Below are positions 58,570-64,000 of a DNA stretch of 64,000 nucleotides, one piece after another. How positions within the stretch are numbered: position 1 is the stretch's first letter; every line of letters starts with the position of its first letter. Both the position numbers and the translations under genes were made by a program. Under the pieces are notes generated by a model. It was not told the origin of the DNA. It ran no database searches and worked only from the letters and a program-made list of their open reading frames with translations. The stretch comes from a virus (lineage: Duplodnaviria; Caudoviricetes). Where the stretch lies: the IMG/VR virus record IMGVR_UViG_3300044511_000209, positions 1,676 through 65,675 of that record; one strand, 5' to 3'.

Positions 58570-58731
58570 ATGCGAATTCACCCTCAAGTTCCTTTACCTA
58601 TAGATACACCCCAAAGAATGGTTGAGATATTTAGAGGTTTACGCTCAACAGCGTCACCCGCAATGCAAGAGGTATTGAATACCCTAATATTAAAGCTCTG
58701 CATCGAAGAATTAACCGCGAGTTTGAAGTAA
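58570..58731 (+). CDS. Small hypothetical protein (53 aa, not in ORF track)
   Basis: MRIHPQVPLPIDTPQRMVEIF...TASLK fills the gap in the plus-strand operon. Confidence 0.5.
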   Translation: MRIHPQVPLPIDTPQRMVEIFRGLRSTASPAMQEVLNTLILKLCIEELTASLK

Positions 58732-58749
58732 AATGAAAACTAAAACCTA

Positions 58750-59094
58750 ATGATTACGATTTTTACCCTTAACTCTCGTGTTATCCGTGCGGAATCCACG
58801 GATATCGTAATGATTAATTCTGTTACTATTCCTCCTAAACATGTCATGTTGTTACTGGCAGATGATTCACTCATTAAACGTGACGGCGCTTTAATGACAC
58901 AATATCTCTTGAATAATACAGAGCAAGAAATAACGGTAAACCCACACGTCCGCATAAAAAATGTACGACCCCGCCCATCAACCGCGTTTGATTTGGCTTA
59001 TCACCAAAATAACCTGATAATTAACGAAGGTGAGGTTATTGCACATGGCGTTTTGATAGAGGAAAAAGATTTTAGACAAGTGGACTCCAAATAA
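58750..59094 (+). CDS. Degenerate trimeric dUTPase-fold-like protein
   Basis: VTIPP.....L, LNN..QEITV and INEGEVIAHGVL resemble dUTPase strands; catalytic motifs absent. Confidence 0.4.
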   Translation: MITIFTLNSRVIRAESTDIVMINSVTIPPKHVMLLLADDSLIKRDGALMTQYLLNNTEQEITVNPHVRIKNVRPRPSTAFDLAYHQNNLIINEGEVIAHGVLIEEKDFRQVDSK

Positions 59095-59133
59095 GCATAA
59101 TTTGGTAACGTTCTTTGATTGGTGCATGGTTTA

Positions 59134-59374
59134 CTAGGACTTTCCAGAACGGAATTCTGGGAAGATGGGTGTGGGCTAACTACCCGCACAAGCAGTAATG
59201 TAATAACCGCCGGACGGGAATCCAAGTCGAAAGACGCGGAGACGGGATTAAACCGAAAGGAATTGGTGGTTTGTAGCCACCGGCTCGATAAAAGCCCATA
59301 TTGCCACAGCCCGCCTCAATATGGAAGTAGGTTTAATGGATGGGAGAAATTCCATCATCCTCCTAATAGCCTAG
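59134..59374 (+). ncRNA. Putative structured non-coding RNA of unknown class
   Basis: At least 8 stems, three GAAA tetraloops and G-U pairs favouring the plus strand, closed by CTAGG/CCTAG. Confidence 0.6.
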
Positions 59375-59579
59375 ACAAATCCTCTAACCGGTCAAGGACA
59401 TTTTTTAGCGCTTAAGGGGCGCGATGGCGGTTTTGTAGCTACGCGCTCCTTCTGCTCCTAAAAACCTTTCGAACTTCATTTTTTATACGGATATTAAACT
59501 TCGTATAAACCGTTCAAAATATGAAACCGAAATTTGAATGAAAATCGAACTTGGAAAGTCTGAATTCGGGAAAAAGGAA

Positions 59580-59682
59580 GTCGCGAAGCGACAAGCGCGG
59601 AGCGCTTCATTCAACACCTCCCAATGGATTGAACGAATTTAAGCTATCGCTTGCCGCTGCGCGGCTATAGCCGCTTCGCGGC
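59580..59682. other. Cluster of five GNA/GNNA-loop DNA mini-hairpins; candidate origin or priming site
   Basis: Plus strand: GTCGC-GAA-GCGAC, AAGCGC-GGA-GCGCTT. Minus strand: AAGC-GATA-GCTT, GCCGC-GCA-GCGGC, GCCGC-GAA-GCGGC. Confidence 0.6.
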
Positions 59683-59683
59683 C

Positions 59684-59870
59684 AGATTTGAAAAGAATGT
59701 TTCGTCACTTACCCTGAATAAATTCGGGGGCTTGTAATACTTTGGCTTTCGCCGAAGTTTGACATACATTTGGGCAAGTGACAATGCCCTGCCCATCAAG
59801 CAGGTTGCCGTGCGAGACGGGGAGTTTGGAACGCGAGCCTATGTTTCTTGCCGCGTTGATATCGGCATCA
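59684..59870 (-). ncRNA. Predicted TnpB omega/reRNA with 3' guide GAAACAUUCUUUUCAAAUCU (5' end approximate)
   Basis: By analogy to IS200/IS605 TnpB: scaffold from the element right end, guide from the flank after TGAC. Confidence 0.55.
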
Positions 59871-60871
59871 TAGACCATTCCCGATTTCGCATAGAACCTT
59901 CTACCCTTGCGTTCACCCTCAACTTTTCCGGTTAGGGAATCGGTTTGAGAGGTTAAGTAAGGATTAACGAGAACCACGGTTTTACCCATGTGGTCTGCCT
60001 TGTAGGTTATTACTCTGCGAAGCTCAAAAAGTGGGACTTGCGAAATGACATTTTTGTTTTGGTATCTGTTTTTCTTGGCTTTGATACCCTTGAGATTTTC
60101 CAAAGCAACCGTATCCGCCTTGGTTTTCAAGATTTCATTGGCTATTAAATGGGTTTGATTGAAATTTTTATTAGCCTCTTTATGTCGAATTTTCTGTAAA
60201 TGTTTGCGCGCGGATTTCGTTTTTTTAGCCTGTAATTGACGTTTTAGGTATCTTAATTGACGTTTTTCCCTATTGAATTTCTTATCAATAATGAGACGCC
60301 CATCGGAACACGCGGCGGAAACGCGAACGCCCAAATCTACACCTAAGCAAAGTTTGGGTTTGGCTTTTTCCGTTTTTATTTCGAACGAAAAAGAAATACA
60401 CAAAACCCCTCTATCATCCTCGTAAATTAGCGGGTCGCAATAAGGATATTTGTCGAGTAGATTTTTTAACTTTGGATAAAGAACAAATTTGAAGGTTTTA
60501 CGTTTGTTAGCGGTTGTAATCCGAATAGAGTATTTTTCGATTTTACCGGGACAATAAAGGTGCTTATCAAGCCTCATTGATAATCTTTGTTTAACAGCCG
60601 GTTTGGATATCTTATGCTTATTGGATTTAATAGAACAATAAGAACTCAAACATTCCTGTTCCGCGCGAATAACAACCTGCGAGGTAATTTCTGGGTGGTT
60701 CTTTCTAAACTTTTTGTAAAATTTAGAATGAAGAACAACAATGGAATTTTTGGGTTGCTCAAACTGAATTTTTGAAGCCTCATTAAATGCAAGACGTTCA
60801 TATTCAAGTATTTGGTGCAGGGCCAATAAGTCCTCTTGACATCCGAGCAATCTTGTGTTATAACTTAACAT
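59705..60871 (-). CDS. tnpB: RNA-guided endonuclease TnpB (zinc finger lost)
   Basis: RuvC triad GVDLG, ALENL, DADINAARNI; VNPYLTSQT. Confidence 0.95.
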   Translation of the reverse strand: MLSYNTRLLGCQEDLLALHQILEYERLAFNEASKIQFEQPKNSIVVLHSKFYKKFRKNHPEITSQVVIRAEQECLSSYCSIKSNKHKISKPAVKQRLSMRLDKHLYCPGKIEKYSIRITTANKRKTFKFVLYPKLKNLLDKYPYCDPLIYEDDRGVLCISFSFEIKTEKAKPKLCLGVDLGVRVSAACSDGRLIIDKKFNREKRQLRYLKRQLQAKKTKSARKHLQKIRHKEANKNFNQTHLIANEILKTKADTVALENLKGIKAKKNRYQNKNVISQVPLFELRRVITYKADHMGKTVVLVNPYLTSQTDSLTGKVEGERKGRRFYAKSGMVYDADINAARNIGSRSKLPVSHGNLLDGQGIVTCPNVCQTSAKAKVLQAPEFIQGK

Positions 60872-60879
60872 AGTGATTG

Positions 60880-60885
60880 TTACAC
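60880..60885 (-). promoter_or_regulatory. GTGTAA motif upstream of tnpB
   Basis: 8 nt before the tnpB ATG, inside the IS left end. Confidence 0.5.
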
Positions 60886-60964
60886 TGAAATATCATAATG
60901 GGAACCAGAATTAGTTAAAATTCCTCTCCCGAATGAATTCGGGGGTTTCTTTTTAACGTTTTTT

Positions 60965-61345
60965 ATGAGTGATTCGCTGTCCAGAAGTGCCGCCGTCGCG
61001 TCCATCCTCGTAGTATGGTTCAAGACGCGCGGCACGCCATTCTTCGTATTTTCTTATTTTATGCGTTTGATTGCTTCGCAAAATGACGCAAATAATAAGA
61101 TAGAGAAAGAAAAAGCTCCGAAAACCCCCGAATTCTTTTCCTACCCTGAAACCTTATATCTCAAGCACCCCAACTTTTTTACCCGGTTGCTGAAATGTCC
61201 CATTTGTATAGCCTTCTGGCTCTCCGCCACGATAAGTATGGGCGGGTGTGACAATTTGGCACACTTCCTGACACGGTGGCCCCTTGTCAATCTCGGCGGG
61301 CTTTTCTTGTATTTTTTGCTGTGCAAAATAATGAACGAAGATTAG
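60965..61345 (+). CDS. Membrane protein with CxxC (DUF1360-like)
   Basis: RLLKCPICIAFW plus hydrophobic segments. Confidence 0.6.
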   Translation: MSDSLSRSAAVASILVVWFKTRGTPFFVFSYFMRLIASQNDANNKIEKEKAPKTPEFFSYPETLYLKHPNFFTRLLKCPICIAFWLSATISMGGCDNLAHFLTRWPLVNLGGLFLYFLLCKIMNED

Positions 61346-61569
61346 GTGAATCGGATTATTGGACGGTCTATTTATTGTTCCGGGAGTATCCTGATAAATA
61401 CCCTCCCATAAACCACCTTTTCATGGACGCGGGCAAACTCATTGAGGACGCCCCTTGTGAGGGCTGCGGCACCAAGAAGTATCACAAACTGATGAAATAC
61501 CAGCTAACGCAATATCTTTTGGGGTTGACAATGGAGCAAGAGCGTGATATTCTTAATGCTGTATGCTAG
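61276..61569 (+). CDS. Hypothetical protein (start uncertain)
   Basis: ORF with CEGC filling an operon gap. Confidence 0.45.
   Translation: MAPCQSRRAFLVFFAVQNNERRLGESDYWTVYLLFREYPDKYPPINHLFMDAGKLIEDAPCEGCGTKKYHKLMKYQLTQYLLGLTMEQERDILNAVC
61525..61553 (+). promoter_or_regulatory. sigma70-type promoter
   Basis: TTGACA-17-TATTCT, then 9 nt to ATG (61563). Confidence 0.65.
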
Positions 61570-61751
61570 ATAAGCTCGAATACACGAAACGTTTAATCGG
61601 TAAGGATATTTACGTGTTGTTGGATGGCGGATTCTTTGCTACGGTGGTGGACGCCTTGGATTGGGAAACTCTCTTGGTGGAGCATAACGCGCACCAATAT
61701 CAGGTTAATATTTGGGATATTAGGCAACCCCCATTGATAGCAATTGCATGA
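61563..61751 (+). CDS. Small hypothetical protein (SH3/Sm-like size and pattern)
   Basis: LIGKDIYV...ATVVD...LLVE...QVNIWDIR. Confidence 0.6.
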   Translation: MLDKLEYTKRLIGKDIYVLLDGGFFATVVDALDWETLLVEHNAHQYQVNIWDIRQPPLIAIA

Positions 61752-61993
61752 ACACCGAAACCTCACTTTTAATCAACCGTTTAGAAACGGAATTAAGAGA
61801 ATCCTTGGCTTTAGCCGCTTCCCAAGTGGCGGCTGAAAAATTGGCCGGAAATATCGCTAAAGAAGAATATTGGAAGGGGGAGTTAGCTGTCCTTACCCGA
61901 TTCTCGCTTATACTGTCGGATAATCTGGTAGAACCCCCTCCAAAACTTGATAATAAACCCATGCGGGCATGTAGTGGTCAATGCTATTTTTAG
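61748..61993 (+). CDS. Hypothetical protein
   Basis: ATGA overlap with the previous gene. Confidence 0.55.
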   Translation: MNTETSLLINRLETELRESLALAASQVAAEKLAGNIAKEEYWKGELAVLTRFSLILSDNLVEPPPKLDNKPMRACSGQCYF

Positions 61994-62224
61994 CGGGGAA
62001 AAACAATTTTTTATAAAAACGCGCCAAAAATCAAAAATCAAAACAAGCGGCTGAACCGATGATTTTTTGCACGGGTCAGGGCGTAATTTTCCAAGGTCAT
62101 AATAAGGATATGAACGAGCGATATATGTGGCCGTGCGGGTAAAAGTTTTGGGGATATAATATGGGGTTATTGACTATTTTTATTTTCTTTATTCTCCTGT
62201 TTACGATTTTTGACGTTTGAATTT

Positions 62225-62364
62225 GGGCGCGTGGCGGAATGGGATAGACGCTGAAAAATCGCCAAGACTCCTAGTGTAACGGAGGATAGCTAGCAGACGA
62301 ATGGCGATTCTAGGTGTGGACGTTACTACCACATCTCCTGTAGGTTCAAATCCCACCGCGCTTA
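62225..62364 (+). ncRNA. tRNA-like RNA (Leu-type D arm) with expanded, non-canonical anticodon arm
   Basis: Acceptor GGGCGCG/CGCGCTT-A; D arm GCG-GAATGGGATAGA-CGC; T arm GTAGG-TTCAAAT-CCCAC; 140 nt in total. Confidence 0.75.
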
Positions 62365-62377
62365 TTAAATCAACCTA

Positions 62378-62563
62378 TTGAAAAAGACAAAATACACAGT
62401 TAAATGCGCTAACTGCAAAAAGTTAATCCACGTTTCTCGTGAGTGGAAAGAGTCCGTCGAAAAGAATAAGACCAAGATTTTCTGTAATTTGAATTGCGCT
62501 TGTGAATTAGCTGCTAAGGTCAACACGATTGGTGAAAATCGCCCTTCCATCAATCAGTCCTGA
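62378..62563 (+). CDS. Small zinc-binding protein (CxxC...CxxxC)
   Basis: VKCANCKK...IFCNLNC; TTG start. Confidence 0.55.
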   Translation: MKKTKYTVKCANCKKLIHVSREWKESVEKNKTKIFCNLNCACELAAKVNTIGENRPSINQS

Positions 62564-63611
62564 TTGCTTCCGTATAAAAGAGGGTATTTTCCACGGGGAG
62601 CAAATCTTTCTTATTACTCCAAAGGAATTCGGCGGTATCTGGCAACGAGATAATCTGTTTTTACGTTCGGTTGTTACGGATAGCAACGGTAATATTCTTT
62701 CTGCTGGATGGCCCAAATTTTTCAATTTTGGCGAAAAACCCGACTTATATCCAGCGCCCGAACATTTTAAGGATTGGTCTATTGCGGAGAAAATTGATGG
62801 TTCGGCACTTTATATTTCCAAGTATCAAGGCAAATTACTCATTCGGACTAGAGGCTCACTCAACGCCTTTGAGAAAGAAAATGGCGATGAAGTGCGCGCC
62901 TTATTGCAAACATACCCACGCATTGAACATCACCCCATATTAGATAATCATACTCTTTTGTTCGAGTGGGTCAGTCCTAGTTGTCGAATTGTATTACCTT
63001 TTGAGAAACCCGATTTGTTCTTGTTGGGCGCAATCCGTCACGAGGATTACCAATGCCTATCCACGCACCAAATCAATACCTTGGGGCGGGAATTGGCGAT
63101 ACGCACCCCTAAATTGTTTCACTTTAACAGTATCCCAGAAATATTGGAGATTTGCGCAACAATAAAGGATACCGAGGGCTACGTCTTATCTTATAATAAG
63201 AATCAAAATAGAGTCAAACTAAAAACCCGCTTTTATCTAGCCCGGCACGCCCTAAAGGAAAGGCTGAATAATATTGATAATTTGATTGATTTGTTTTTAC
63301 AATTGGGCCGACCCAGTTACGATGTTTTGTTTCAAAATATTGAACATACGGTAGATTATGAGACGGCACACGAATTACGTGGTGACATTAGCAAGCTGAT
63401 TGACGCAAATAAACGGGTTAATGATATTGAACGCGGGATGCAGGCATTTATCGAGCGTCTTGCTGGTTTGAGCCGGAAAGAACAAGCGGCGCAAATTTTG
63501 AGTGCTTACGGGGACACAAACCGCGCGGGTTTTGTGTTTCAATTATTGGATGGGAAACCGCTTGAAAATAAGGAATACAAAAAGTTGTTATATCAGGTTT
63601 TAAAAGTATGA
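62529..63611 (+). CDS. T4 Rnl1-like RNA ligase
   Basis: PKFFNFGE, motif I EKIDGS, RTRG, LFEW, EGYV, RVKLK. Confidence 0.9.
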   Translation: MVKIALPSISPDCFRIKEGIFHGEQIFLITPKEFGGIWQRDNLFLRSVVTDSNGNILSAGWPKFFNFGEKPDLYPAPEHFKDWSIAEKIDGSALYISKYQGKLLIRTRGSLNAFEKENGDEVRALLQTYPRIEHHPILDNHTLLFEWVSPSCRIVLPFEKPDLFLLGAIRHEDYQCLSTHQINTLGRELAIRTPKLFHFNSIPEILEICATIKDTEGYVLSYNKNQNRVKLKTRFYLARHALKERLNNIDNLIDLFLQLGRPSYDVLFQNIEHTVDYETAHELRGDISKLIDANKRVNDIERGMQAFIERLAGLSRKEQAAQILSAYGDTNRAGFVFQLLDGKPLENKEYKKLLYQVLKV

Positions 63612-63720
63612 ATAAAATACGAAATCCAAATCTAAGAAACAATCAAGATGGAGCATAACCACGATTTTACAAGAAATTGCTTTCGCTAAACAGATTCACG
63701 TTGATTAAACACTATAAAGG

Positions 63721-63951
63721 ATGAAACCCAAATATGAACTAACCAAAGAGAAAAAACGAGTTAATCACCACTCCCTTTTTCGAATAAAAGCTTTACGCGG
63801 TTTTGGTGTGGTTGAGGCTGGCTCCTTTGGCGGTTTTATTGAAGGAGAGAAAAATTTATCACATGATGGTATCGCGTGGGTAGGTGATGATGCGTGTGTA
63901 TTCAATGATGCTTGTGTTTTTGGCAACGTCCGGGCGTTTCCCCCCGCTTGA
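63721..63951 (+). CDS. Phage protein with short hexapeptide-like repeats (possibly truncated)
   Basis: LFRIKAL..FG.V..G..GGFIE.EKNLSH.G.AWV then DDACVF/NDACVF repeats. Confidence 0.7.
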   Translation: MKPKYELTKEKKRVNHHSLFRIKALRGFGVVEAGSFGGFIEGEKNLSHDGIAWVGDDACVFNDACVFGNVRAFPPA

Positions 63952-64000
63952 AGGAGGATACACTTTTAGCCGTTGAAGTAAAACTACAAGATGTTATTGA

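Larger units (their letters stand above)
59704..60964 (-). mobile_element. Non-autonomous IS200/IS605-family (IS1341-type) element
   Basis: Subterminal hairpins CCCCCGAATTCATTCGGG (LE) and CCCCCGAATTTATTCAGGG (RE); guide/cleavage pairs GAAA/TCAT and CAAG/TGAC; no tnpA. Confidence 0.85.

Noticed and set aside
59134-59374. Cobalamin or c-di-GMP riboswitch, RNase P, tmRNA or hammerhead identity
   Set aside because: Only fragments resemble them (GGGAA-stem-GACG, GCCACCG); the conserved cores and a regulated downstream gene are missing
60953-60956. TTAA as the IS left cleavage site/TAM
   Set aside because: Only 3 nt from the guide tetranucleotide and does not fit the pairing rule; TCAT fits both the rule and the spacing
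59100-61000. CRISPR array or Cas12f-type mini system around tnpB
   Set aside because: No regularly spaced direct repeats; the IS200/IS605 ends explain the locus
61122-61135. 14-nt match (AAACCCCCGAATTC) to the IS end hairpin arm
   Set aside because: Only one arm, inside a plausible CDS; probably chance
62225-62364. Canonical tRNA-Leu/Tyr or a group I intron-containing tRNA
   Set aside because: No 5-bp stem/7-nt loop anticodon arm can be formed or restored, and the insert is far too short for a group I intron
42-63642. Many short opposite-strand ORFs in the track (e.g. 42-323, 1808-2413, 17079-17531, 30278-30887, 31503-31976, 59119-59415)
   Set aside because: Shadows of well-supported genes or of structured non-coding DNA, with no motifs
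1-64000. Stop-codon reassignment
   Set aside because: Long intact genes and dense coding in the standard code; TAA, TAG and TGA all end genes at sensible places

Overview
A 64-kb segment of a large tailed dsDNA phage read in the standard code. It carries a lambda-like tail-tip cluster (M-L-K-I-J, minus strand) and a divergent plus-strand block of tube-like, IPT/TIG and fibre proteins. A long minus-strand arm encodes a bacterial-type replisome in pieces (PHP-less DnaE, separate PHP and DEDDh exonuclease, primase, DnaB, RecA, Whirly-like SSB), a MotA/ExbB-ExbD-like membrane module, about 12 glycosyltransferases with 4 methyltransferases and NDP-sugar enzymes, a class II RNR, a sigma factor and a dNMP kinase. 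The right end holds DUF550, dCMP deaminase, a TnpB-only IS200/IS605 element whose ends can be deduced, a tRNA-like RNA and an Rnl1-type RNA ligase. Most notable: (1) virion proteins saturated with S-G/T-G dipeptides alongside a phage sugar-transfer pathway, a possible sequon-based virion glycosylation system; (2) a non-coding locus at 59.1-59.7 kb with a structured RNA and five strand-symmetric GNA/GNNA mini-hairpins, next to the TnpB target; (3) a 140-nt tRNA-like RNA with a replaced anticodon arm; (4) two promoter classes, near-leaderless sigma70 sites and a GTGTAA motif. All calls are by eye from motifs; no searches were run.
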